Part shown: one piece after another, positions 1 through 7,723 of the stretch | Position numbering within the stretch: the first letter of the stretch is position 1 | How the letters are laid out: each line of letters starts with the position of its first letter | Assembly: GCA_025350625.1 (NCBI GenBank) | Contig: JANXXL010000147.1 | Location: 1,275 to 65,274 of the forward strand | Length of the DNA stretch: 64,000 nt | Direction of reading: 5' to 3' | From: Bryobacterales bacterium | GTDB taxonomy: Bacteria; Acidobacteriota; Terriglobia; Bryobacterales; Bryobacteraceae | The notes under the pieces: generated by a model | The model's input: the letters and a program-made list of their open reading frames with translations, nothing else | What the model was told of the DNA's origin: nothing | The model's database searches: none | Translations under genes and position numbers: made by a program

Positions 1-611
1 TGGAGCGAGGGATCGCGCACGATTCCACCTTTGCCGACTTGGCCGCGCTCCACTTCAAACTGGGGTTTCACCAGCAGGATCATATTTCCGTGCGGAGCGA
101 GAAGCGGGATCAGAGCGGGAAGCAGAAGGGTGAGAGAGATGAAACTGACGTCGCCCACCGCCAAGTCGAATTTCTGCGGGAAATCGGTTGCCGCGAGGTA
201 GCGCGCGTTCACGCCCTCCTGAACCACTACGCGCGGGTCGCTGCGTAGTTTCCAATCGATTTGTCCGTGGCCGACATCGAGAGCCCAGACTTTGGCGGCT
301 CCGCGCTGTAGCAGGCAGTCAGTGAAGCCTCCCGTGGACGCTCCGACGTCGACACAGGCGAAACCGGTTACATCGAGGGTCCAATGATCGAGCGCGGCCG
401 CAAGTTTGTATCCTCCACGGCTGACGAAGGGCATTCGCTCCAGCACTTCGACGGGAGATTCCATCGCAACGCTATGGCCTGGCTTGAGAGCCTTCTGTCC
501 ATTCACCAGCACTTGGCCCGCGAGGATGAGAGCCTGGGCTTTTTCGCGCGACTCGGCGAGGCCGCGGTCGACTAAAAGCTGATCGATGCGAATTTTGGCG
601 GCGGATGTCAT
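1..611 (-). CDS. tlyA: TlyA-family rRNA 2'-O-methyltransferase (hemolysin A-like); C-terminal end lies beyond the left window edge
   Basis: Not in the ORF track because it runs off the edge. Own translation of the minus strand from ATG (complement of 609-611): MTSAAKIRIDQLLVDRGLAESREKAQALILAGQVLVNGQ (S4-like), then FACVDVGASTGGFTDCLLQRGAAKVWALDVGHGQ (FtsJ-type SAM motif). Lies directly downstream of ispA, as in many bacteria. Confidence 0.85.
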   Translation of the reverse strand, partial: MTSAAKIRIDQLLVDRGLAESREKAQALILAGQVLVNGQKALKPGHSVAMESPVEVLERMPFVSRGGYKLAAALDHWTLDVTGFACVDVGASTGGFTDCLLQRGAAKVWALDVGHGQIDWKLRSDPRVVVQEGVNARYLAATDFPQKFDLAVGDVSFISLTLLLPALIPLLAPHGNMILLVKPQFEVERGQVGKGGIVRDPSL

Positions 612-622
612 GGTACCGGCCG

Positions 623-1507
623 TCATGCCTGCCGCCGCACAACTAAATCCGCAAGCTGCCTGAGGCGTTGCGCGCGGTCGTCAAAGGGTTGCAGGGCTAA
701 GTGGGCGGCGAGACGTTCCTCTTCGGCCATTTCGCGGGAGCGTTCGATTCCGTAAACGGCGGGGAAAGTGATTTTCTTTTGCGCGGCATCCTTGCCGGCG
801 GTCTTGCCTAGGGCTTCCGACGATTGCTCGACGTCGAGAATGTCGTCCACCATCTGGAACGCCAGTCCCACGTGTTCACCGAAGCTGGTTAGCGCGTCCA
901 ATTGGTCCGCGTTAGCGCCTGCGTAAATGCCGCCCATACGGACGCTGGCGCGCAGGAGCGCTCCGGTTTTCGCACGGTGAATCGATTCGAGCAAGCGGGC
1001 GGTAGGATGCTTCCCCTCCCCTTCAATATCGTTCACCTGGCCGCCGATCATGCCGTCTACGGTACCCGACGCACTGGCGAGTTCGCGCACCAGTTCAATG
1101 CGGCGGGTGGCGTCGGTGTGATCCATTTTCGACAGTACCTCGAAGGCGAGCGTCAGCAGCGCGTCGCCGGCGAGGATCGCCATCGCGTCGCCGAACACCT
1201 TGTGACACGTGGGACGGCCACGGCGCAAATCGTCGTTATCGAGCGCCGGCAGATCGTCATGAATCAGCGAATAGGTGTGAATCATTTCGAGTGCGCAGGC
1301 GCAGGATTCGATGCCGACCGGCGCGTCGGAAACCGCTTGGGCGGCTGCGATGGCGAGCAGCGGGCGAATGCGTTTGCCTCCGGCAAATAGGCTGTAACGC
1401 ATGGCGCGATGAATGGTGGCGGGATTTTGGTCTTCGCGCGGCACCCAACGGTCCAGCGCGGCGTCGACGGCCTTTTGTTCGGCCGCCATGTATTCGGCGA
1501 GTGTCAT
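623..1507 (-). CDS. ispA: (2E,6E)-farnesyl/geranylgeranyl diphosphate synthase (polyprenyl synthetase family)
   Basis: 294 aa. Both Asp-rich polyprenyl synthase motifs are present: LIHDDLPALDNDDLRRGRP and FQMVDDILD. Sits in an xseB-ispA arrangement. Confidence 0.9.
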   Translation of the reverse strand: MTLAEYMAAEQKAVDAALDRWVPREDQNPATIHRAMRYSLFAGGKRIRPLLAIAAAQAVSDAPVGIESCACALEMIHTYSLIHDDLPALDNDDLRRGRPTCHKVFGDAMAILAGDALLTLAFEVLSKMDHTDATRRIELVRELASASGTVDGMIGGQVNDIEGEGKHPTARLLESIHRAKTGALLRASVRMGGIYAGANADQLDALTSFGEHVGLAFQMVDDILDVEQSSEALGKTAGKDAAQKKITFPAVYGIERSREMAEEERLAAHLALQPFDDRAQRLRQLADLVVRRQA

Positions 1508-1510
1508 GCT

Positions 1511-1771
1511 TTATTTCGAACGGAAGGGCTGGGGCTGGACTTCACCGGCGCGCTTCATCAGGATTTCGACGCGGGTTTCAGCCTCCTCGAGTTGTTTGCG
1601 GCAGGCATCGCTCAGTTTCATCCCGCGCTCGAATAGTTCCAGAGCGCGCTCGAGAGGAAGTTCGCCGCTCTCCATCTCTTTGACGATGCTTTCCAACTGG
1701 AGGAGTCCGGTCTCGAAGCTGAGAGGTGCGTCTTTGGGCGGGGGCGCTTGCTCGGGCATGAGTAGATCCAT
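1511..1771 (-). CDS. xseB: exodeoxyribonuclease VII small subunit
   Basis: 86 aa helical protein. Typical XseB core FETGLLQLESIVKEMESGELPLERALELFERGMKLSDACRKQLEEAE. Immediately upstream of ispA. Confidence 0.85.
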   Translation of the reverse strand: MDLLMPEQAPPPKDAPLSFETGLLQLESIVKEMESGELPLERALELFERGMKLSDACRKQLEEAETRVEILMKRAGEVQPQPFRSK

Positions 1772-1898
1772 TCTAGCGAATGCTGCTGAAGAGCTTCGCA
1801 GCCGCGTTTCAAATGCAGGCGCTTCTTTGATAAACTCGGAAGTCAGACGCAGTACCGGTCATCTGCTGCTTTTCTGCTCGTTCTGTTAATGCTTTTTC

Positions 1899-1975
1899 GG
1901 GCGCGTAGCTCAGTTGGTTAGAGCGCCTGCTTCACACGCAGGAGGTCTGGGGTTCGAGTCCCCGCGCGCCCACCA
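1899..1975 (+). tRNA. tRNA-Val (anticodon CAC), CCA encoded
   Basis: Folds by hand into a cloverleaf. Acceptor gggcgcg/cgcgccc, D-arm gctcagttggttagagc, anticodon stem cctgc/gcagg with loop ttCACac, T-arm tgggg-ttcgagt-ccccg, discriminator a, then cca. Confidence 0.9.
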
Positions 1976-1977
1976 TA
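1929..1977 (+). repeat. Direct repeat copy 1 (candidate attL core): 3' part of tRNA-Val from the anticodon stem to CCA plus 2 nt
   Basis: gcttcacacgcaggaggtctggggttcgagtccccgcgcgcccaccata. It recurs at 32163-32209 with a single 2-nt (cc) deletion. Confidence 0.85.
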
Positions 1978-2042
1978 TTTTCAATTGTTACCTATGTCGG
2001 CTCTACGCCAACAACGGGGGAGCAGATCAGTACCCAAGTCGA

Positions 2043-3027
2043 TCATCCACATAATACCTTGACGCGCAGTCTATAGTTTTCGAAGTTACGGAAGCCATAG
2101 GCCTGGCGATTGATGAGTTCCATTTTGTTATGGAAGCCTTCGGTGATGCCGTTGTTGCGGGTGAAGCGCCACATGGCGACGATCTCCTGGCTCCAGGAGG
2201 AGAGGGTTTGGCCGAGCTGCACCAGTGGGGCGAGGCCGGCTTGGCGCAACTGGTCGAGGGCACGGAGGAACCGTGGAATCAAGCGCTCACATTGGCGGCG
2301 CGTGCGATGTTTTTTCAATAGCAGATAGCAGAGCCGCTGCTTAAACCGGTAGATGAGTTCCAAAGCAGGGTATTTTCCCAGATAGGCCATGAGGCGCACC
2401 TGCTGATCGGGGCGCAGATGATGGCGGTGACGGCGCATCAACGACAGCAAACCGCGATGCTTGCTGCTAACGGGATCGATGTCGCGCCAGCAAGCCAGGA
2501 AGTGATGATTGATGATGCGGATCACGTGAAAGCGGTCGGCGACGATGCGCGCGTTGGGGAAGTGCAGGCGCACCAGCGAGCGGTAGCTGGTGGCCAGATC
2601 CATGCACACCACGCGCACTTCGGCTTTGCCTTCGAGCTTCTGAAAATACCACTCTAAGGAAAGTTCTGAGCGGCCCAGCACCACATCATAGACCTTATGA
2701 TGATGCAGATCGCAGAGCGTGGTGGCGAACCTCTTCTTGCGAGTGGCCGTTCGCCGGTAGGAAAATATGCCAAGGACGCGATTGCTCTTGTCGGCCTGGC
2801 TGTCCCTCCCCTTGGGGCTTTCCTCGGGGCCGGCACCAACGCGCTTGACTGCCGCAAGGCCTCGAACCCCCAAATGTCCCGTCCCAGGTCTGATTCCGTC
2901 TACCCGCGCCATTCGAGGGAAAGCCATTTTTCCGCGCGGGCGTGGTACGCAAACACCAGGCTTTCGAATGCAGGCCGTCGAAGTCTTCAAAATGGACCGG
3001 CTGTACAGGTGTGGAAGGGACGGCCAT
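2043..3027 (-). pseudogene. ISL3-family DDE transposase, 5' region degraded or truncated
   Basis: From about aa 113 of the 357-aa ORF (below ~2780) the match to the ISL3 catalytic domain is clear: RVLGIFSYRR..., VVCMDLATSY, IVADRFHVIRIIN, C-terminal NNGITEGFHNKMELINRQAYGFRNFENYRLRV. The upstream part is low-complexity, looks better in a different frame (FEDFDGLHSKA...), lacks the zinc-finger/HTH N-terminus, and abuts the parE-like gene at 3031. Confidence 0.8.
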
Positions 3028-3030
3028 TGG

Positions 3031-3345
3031 TTACTTGACCTCGGAACGCTTGAATTTCTGACGCGCACCGTGCCGGATGTGGAGCAGGTCCACCTGTTTC
3101 GGTTTCTCGGTGACACGGTAGATCACGCGATAGATATGCGGCTTGTTCCCATAGAACAGATTGCGGAGCCGGGTGTTCTCCGGTGTTTCGGGACATCTGT
3201 TTGGTTGCTCTTCGAGGCTCAGGATCGCTTCCTTGAGCCCCCGGTACCATTTAAGGGCGGCGTCGGAGTGTACGGCGTTGATCGCGTCGAAGACGAGTGC
3301 GAGGTCACGCTCCGCGCGGGCCGTGACATTAACGAGGTAGGCCAT
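3031..3345 (-). CDS. type II toxin, ParE/RelE superfamily
   Basis: 104 aa. MAYLVNVTARAERDL...IYRVIYRVTEKPKQVDLLHIRHGARQ is the typical ParE/RelE layout. It overlaps the stop of an upstream Phd-like antitoxin gene. Confidence 0.8.
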   Translation of the reverse strand: MAYLVNVTARAERDLALVFDAINAVHSDAALKWYRGLKEAILSLEEQPNRCPETPENTRLRNLFYGNKPHIYRVIYRVTEKPKQVDLLHIRHGARQKFKRSEVK

Positions 3346-3619
3346 GCTGCGTTTCGAATTCCGCGAAGAACTCCCGCGCCGGCCGGACCCTGCCCTCTCT
3401 TATGTCCTCCAGACCCTGGCGGATTCCCTCACCCGCGTCGGCTTGCGCGGCGATATCGAGCAGCCGTTGATAGGCCTCGGCATCCTGCACGATGGCCGCG
3501 GCCTTGCCCTTAACGGTCAGCACGACGGGGCGCTTGCTTTTCTTGAGCTGCTTCATGAACTCACCCGAACGGCGTCGGAACGTCGTCAGTGACTGGATGT
3601 CTTTAGTGATATCGAGCAT
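3329..3619 (-). CDS. type II antitoxin, Phd/YefM family
   Basis: Start taken at the internal Met (MLDITKDIQSLTTFRRRSGEFMKQLKKSKRPVVLTVKGKAAAIVQDAEAYQRLL), a typical Phd/YefM N-terminal domain. Positioned 5' of the toxin and overlapping it. Confidence 0.75.
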   Translation of the reverse strand: MLDITKDIQSLTTFRRRSGEFMKQLKKSKRPVVLTVKGKAAAIVQDAEAYQRLLDIAAQADAGEGIRQGLEDIREGRVRPAREFFAEFETQHGLPR

Positions 3620-4305
3620 AGGCCTGCTCCTATTTAAGCACCTTTTTAGGTGCTGCCGCTTCTTTGCCGGGCCAAAACTGTGTCCGAACTCCATCGTTTC
3701 ATCCGTGGGAATTGCAGTTTGAGCGAAAGCAGATTCCCCAGATTGTTGTAATTATTAGGAGTTCGTGAAAAACGACGGAGCCCGTGGAAGCCACGAGGCT
3801 CCCTTGGGCACCTGAGCTGCTATTGACATGCCGGGCGTGCTCGCGGCTCTGTACTTCATTCACGAGCGGATCTGGAGCAGGATCCAATGGGGTAGAGGAG
3901 TTGATGACGTTGCTTGAAACCGCTTTAACTAGTAGCTACCAAATCAATTCAGATCGCCAATGCAAGCGATTGGTTGGTAACAGCGCTCACCGAAGCTGGA
4001 TTGAACGTTATTGGACCGATGCTATCCAACCTTCCGCAAAAACAAGCGGCTCCAATTACGATTACGGTTGGGAAAAGCGAGTTATCCCAATTCCGACCTG
4101 TCAAGCCATTCCAAAAGTAACGGGCGCACCTCCGGTATGTTAAGCAGATTGTTCCCGGTGCAACTGCTTCTAGCTCAATGTCCCCTTCTTCTTTCGGCAG
4201 GTGACAAAGATTGCCGGCCTGTCAGCAGGTGACAAAATCGCTGGCCTACAGCACCGACTCGGCTGAGGTTGACATTCAATTGGCGATCGAGCTAAAGTCG
4301 GCGGC

Positions 4306-5352
4306 ATGCGGCGTTACGCAGGAGCTGTGCTCTTGCTTATCTGCATCGTCGAGAACTCGTGCACAGCGCCATTTAAAAACCTCACGGACGCAGCCAGCCG
4401 CGCCGCGGCCATAGTAGCGAGCAGTCAACAGGGCCCGGGCTATTGGCTCACATCCTACACCGGAAGTCCGCGCTTCAAGCAGCCCGCGCGCGAGATGAAT
4501 ACCTATCTCACAGCCGTGATGATTGATGTGCTTGGCCCCATAAGCGGGCAAGCGAGACTCGGGGATAATCTCGATCGGGCGCGCAAACATCTGACTGGTC
4601 AGATAGAAGACACCGGGTTGGTCCGCTATCACGGCAAGCCCGAAGGACCGGCCAGCCACGGCTTGGGCTGCGTGATCTCACCCGACGCAGATGATACGGC
4701 GTTGGTTTGGCGAATCGCGCCGGCAGCGGACCCGCAACTTATGGAAAAGGCGCTCGCAACGCTCGCCGAATACCGTAGCTCGGATCAGCTTTACCTTACC
4801 TGGCTGGCGCCGCGCGATAGCTTTCAGTGTATCGATCCGGGCAAGGATCCAGACCCTGCGGATGTTGCCATCCAGATGCATATTCTTATGTTTCTGGCTC
4901 AGGTGCGGCCGGCAAATGGATGGCTGCTTTGCAAGGCGCTGGACAAAGCGATCGACGACGATCGTATCTGGGTGTACTACAAGATTGCGCCTCTGATTCC
5001 GATACTCCGTCTGGTTGATTTGAAGGCTGCCGGCTGTTCGATTTCTTTACCGCCGGCAAGGCTGAAATCTAATGTTGCAGGCCAGGATATCTGGAACAGG
5101 GCCGGGCTACTGCTGTCCCGGTTGCTAGGATCCAACTCTGCCGTCCCGTCTTCGACAGAGACAAACGAGCTGCTGCAAAAGCTCGCCCAGGATGATTTCG
5201 CGGCAATCCGGCAAAACCCGCCCTTGCTGTACCACAATGATTTGACCGCTTCGACACCGAGATTCTATTGGTCCGCCGACTTCGGTTACGCCCTTTGGTT
5301 AAGACTCTACTTTGCGAACCTGCGCCTGAACCAGCCTCCGATTCTGCAGTGA
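4306..5352 (+). CDS. secreted protein with terpene-cyclase/prenyltransferase-like (alpha/alpha toroid) features, DxDDTA motif
   Basis: 348 aa. N-terminal signal-like segment MRRYAGAVLLLICIV. SPDADDTALVW resembles the DxDDTA motif of class II terpene cyclases (squalene-hopene cyclase has DVDDTAVV). Scattered GYW / W-rich repeats. Function is inferred only from these motifs. Confidence 0.5.
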   Translation: MRRYAGAVLLLICIVENSCTAPFKNLTDAASRAAAIVASSQQGPGYWLTSYTGSPRFKQPAREMNTYLTAVMIDVLGPISGQARLGDNLDRARKHLTGQIEDTGLVRYHGKPEGPASHGLGCVISPDADDTALVWRIAPAADPQLMEKALATLAEYRSSDQLYLTWLAPRDSFQCIDPGKDPDPADVAIQMHILMFLAQVRPANGWLLCKALDKAIDDDRIWVYYKIAPLIPILRLVDLKAAGCSISLPPARLKSNVAGQDIWNRAGLLLSRLLGSNSAVPSSTETNELLQKLAQDDFAAIRQNPPLLYHNDLTASTPRFYWSADFGYALWLRLYFANLRLNQPPILQ

Positions 5353-5774
5353 TTTTCAAATACAATTGGCGTAGAGCCGAGACCTTTGGGGATCATGAGC
5401 GGCGCGTCAACAACAGCCGCTTCTCGAGAAACAGATGGTCGCCGGCCGCGACTTCTTCGGGCGGCGCCGCCGTATTGCTGCGGCGGGAAAACAGGCTGAC
5501 TGCCGCGCCTGCGTTGGGGCGCCCTTGGGGATCTGCTATGGAGCTTTGCCCCCCATCGCCACCCAGGCAGTTCTCCTGACACATAGTGGCCCCGGTTCCC
5601 TTTTCACACACCCGAGAACAACGGAATAGTCTACGAGTACCACAATGGTTTTCCGCGGTCACCGAAATCCTGCCGCCAGTCGCCAGAGGCGCGTTCAAGG
5701 ATTGGCCGAACTTGGCCGAAGAGCAATCCACGGCGGCGCACCACTAGCGCTGGCTGAAGAGAGGGTCTGCGACG

Positions 5775-6749
5775 GTGGATGCGGTCAACAGTGGCACCCT
5801 GACGGTGGCCGCCCCTCGATGGCGAGGATTGGGCCTGATTTCGTGTGTACGTTGGGATGAAGTTCTGCTCCAGCAAGGGACGCCACTTTTTGGCGCCTTG
5901 TTTTCGATCGGCACTTTGACGTCCGCGAAGGCTTGCGCCGTCGCTCTGCTGATCGCGGGCGGTGTTTTTCTGGTGGCCCACATCTTCCTTCTGAATGACT
6001 GCTGTGGAGCCGATGAGGACGTTAAAGTTCCTAACCGTTGCGCGAGTGTGTTTTTGTCGCGGGGCTTCCTGCGCGCCGACGTCGGCTACCTCTGTGTGGT
6101 CTTGCTGGTACTGGCATTTCTGCTGTTAGCGCCGCTTGGCCTGCGCACGCTCCTGATTGCCGCAGGAATCGCCTTTGTAAGCGCGCTTTATTCGGGCCCT
6201 TTACTTTGCGGCAAAGGAATTCCGGTGCTGAGTTCCGCGCTCCACATCGTCGGGGGCATCCTCCACTTTCTGCTTGGGTACTCGCTGTTTTGCTCCCTTG
6301 ATGCAAGAGGTCTTGAAACCGGCGCTTTTTTTGCCCTTTCGTTTGCGGCAGGGCATCTGACCCATGAAGCGCGCGACCGGGAAGGTGACTATGGGTGTGG
6401 GATTCAGACCAATGCAGTTAAATTCGGCGCGCGCCGCGGGTTCTGCGCCGGCCTGACCCTGTTTACCATCGCCTATGCTCTGCTGGTTATATTGGCATGG
6501 CGTGGCTTGGTGCCGCGGCTCCTATTTCTCACGGGCGCCATCTATCCCCTGCATCTGTACTTTTCAATGCGGACGCTTCGAGATGGCCTGACTTTTGAGA
6601 ACATCCGGCGCCTGCAGGCGCACTACCGCGTACTGTATTCCGTAGTGCGGCTCTTCTTGCCATCCTCGGCGCGGTCGTCAAATACACTCTGGTCCCGGTT
6701 TTTGTCGGGGCATCGCTTTACCTGTTTTGGCGGGATCGTTCGCGGTTGA
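5775..6749 (+). CDS. UbiA-family polyprenyl (phospho)transferase; start and C-terminus uncertain
   Basis: About 8 TM helices. First motif LNDCCGADED is a divergent NDxxDxxxD. The second motif DREGDYGCGIQTNAVKFG fits DxxxDxxxGxxTxxxxxG exactly. The last ~30 aa are Arg/Ser-rich and look out of frame (see findings). Confidence 0.65.
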   Translation: MDAVNSGTLTVAAPRWRGLGLISCVRWDEVLLQQGTPLFGALFSIGTLTSAKACAVALLIAGGVFLVAHIFLLNDCCGADEDVKVPNRCASVFLSRGFLRADVGYLCVVLLVLAFLLLAPLGLRTLLIAAGIAFVSALYSGPLLCGKGIPVLSSALHIVGGILHFLLGYSLFCSLDARGLETGAFFALSFAAGHLTHEARDREGDYGCGIQTNAVKFGARRGFCAGLTLFTIAYALLVILAWRGLVPRLLFLTGAIYPLHLYFSMRTLRDGLTFENIRRLQAHYRVLYSVVRLFLPSSARSSNTLWSRFLSGHRFTCFGGIVRG

Positions 6750-7723
6750 AAAGTCTGGGCATTCTTTGGGGACTGGGATTGCTGGTTTTGCTGCTCTTCC
6801 CGGGCCTCTTATATTTGCTCGTGAACAGCGCCTATGGGAAACGCCTTGCGCTTCCCGTCGAGCCGGGAGCATTTTCAAAGGCCGGTTTTGCAATGAATCT
6901 TCTTAATTACACGGCAGCGGGAGCTGCGGGATGGGACACCATACTAACCAAGGCCGACGCTAGGCTGAATCCTCAATTCCACATGCATTTTCCGGTTGCA
7001 ATGGTGATGCTGGTCCCGTCCTTCGTGTTGCTCGTCATTTGGCTTCCGCGCTTCCGCCGGTGGGAACGCGGCCGCACAAGATCCTTCATCATCCTGCTGG
7101 GGATACTGACTGCCGGGTTGTGGGCGATGCTTGCTGCCTCCACCTGGCTTGGGGGCCTGCAGTGGGATTTTAGTGAGGAGAGCCGATTCTACAAGCCCAT
7201 CGTCCTGCTGTGGCTTTTGCCCTGTTCACTTTCCCTCGACAGGTTGTCCTCGAAAGACCTGCGAAAATCGGTGGCCTTCTATTCTGTTGCGCTTCCAATC
7301 GCTCTGGTTGCAATCGGGGAAGTACGACTTGGATTTCTCCGCCAACCGTGGCTGGCTTTGCCCGACAGCGGAATCGCCTGGATTCGGCCTTACGACAACA
7401 ACCACGCGCGCTTTCTGTCGGAATTCGCTTCGCTGCGCTCACACAAGCCGGATCTGCTGATTGGGCCAGACCCCAGGACTATGGTGGAACTCGGTGTGCC
7501 CATCGCATACTGGTGGATCCTGCAGCAACGCAGCGCCGGCTACTGGACCAGCCAAGATCTTGAGATTTGGGCGCTCGTCGAGCCACAGCAGGTGCCATCG
7601 CTGCTGGCCGGTGTCAAAGGCGTTTGCGCCGCCGAGCACGTCGCGGTACCGGCTGGCTACCCCTTTGTCTTTTACATACTGAAGCTGCAGGCTCCGGGCA
7701 AAGCCGCGGACAATTGTCAGTGA
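6746..7723 (+). CDS. polytopic membrane protein of unknown function, with a soluble C-terminal domain
   Basis: 325 aa from a TTG start. Several hydrophobic helices. The same frame stays open and hydrophobic for 49 codons upstream (to the stop at 6596-6598) without a canonical start codon. Confidence 0.5.
   Translation: MKSLGILWGLGLLVLLLFPGLLYLLVNSAYGKRLALPVEPGAFSKAGFAMNLLNYTAAGAAGWDTILTKADARLNPQFHMHFPVAMVMLVPSFVLLVIWLPRFRRWERGRTRSFIILLGILTAGLWAMLAASTWLGGLQWDFSEESRFYKPIVLLWLLPCSLSLDRLSSKDLRKSVAFYSVALPIALVAIGEVRLGFLRQPWLALPDSGIAWIRPYDNNHARFLSEFASLRSHKPDLLIGPDPRTMVELGVPIAYWWILQQRSAGYWTSQDLEIWALVEPQQVPSLLAGVKGVCAAEHVAVPAGYPFVFYILKLQAPGKAADNCQ

Larger units (their letters stand above)
1999..5378. 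mobile_element. ISL3-derived element delimited by 13-bp perfect terminal inverted repeats (ggctctacgccaa at 1999-2011; ttggcgtagagcc at 5366-5378)
   Basis: The left repeat reads GGCTCT... inward, as many ISL3 ends do, and sits 32 bp beyond the stop of the ISL3 transposase ORF. The exact reverse complement lies 14 bp after the stop of the 4306-5352 ORF. No flanking target-site duplication was seen (cctatgtc vs gagacctt). Confidence 0.45.

Noticed and set aside
902-1390. 162-aa plus-strand ORF inside ispA. The same applies to 1291-1683 and 1413-1889 + and to many similar long ORFs antisense to real genes: 9796-10338 -, 10384-11037 -, 11034-11750 -, 13024-13755 -, 33148-34113 +, 34764-35420 -, 57948-58832 +.
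   Set aside because: These are shadow ORFs typical of high-GC DNA. Their products are Arg/Ala/Gly/Pro-rich with no motifs, and the opposite strand encodes proteins with clear family signatures.
2767-3513. 248-aa plus-strand ORF spanning the transposase 5' region and the TA module.
   Set aside because: It has a low-complexity Pro/Arg-rich translation and lies antisense to the well-supported ParE/Phd genes and the ISL3 remnant.
5379-5774. Several overlapping ORFs (5268-5579 +, 5307-5582 -, 5393-5731 -, 5435-5629 +, 5631-5981 -) in the gap between the right IS repeat and the UbiA gene.
   Set aside because: None has a recognisable motif, a plausible start context or normal composition. The interval is treated as non-coding, and I could not support an RNA or peptide gene there.
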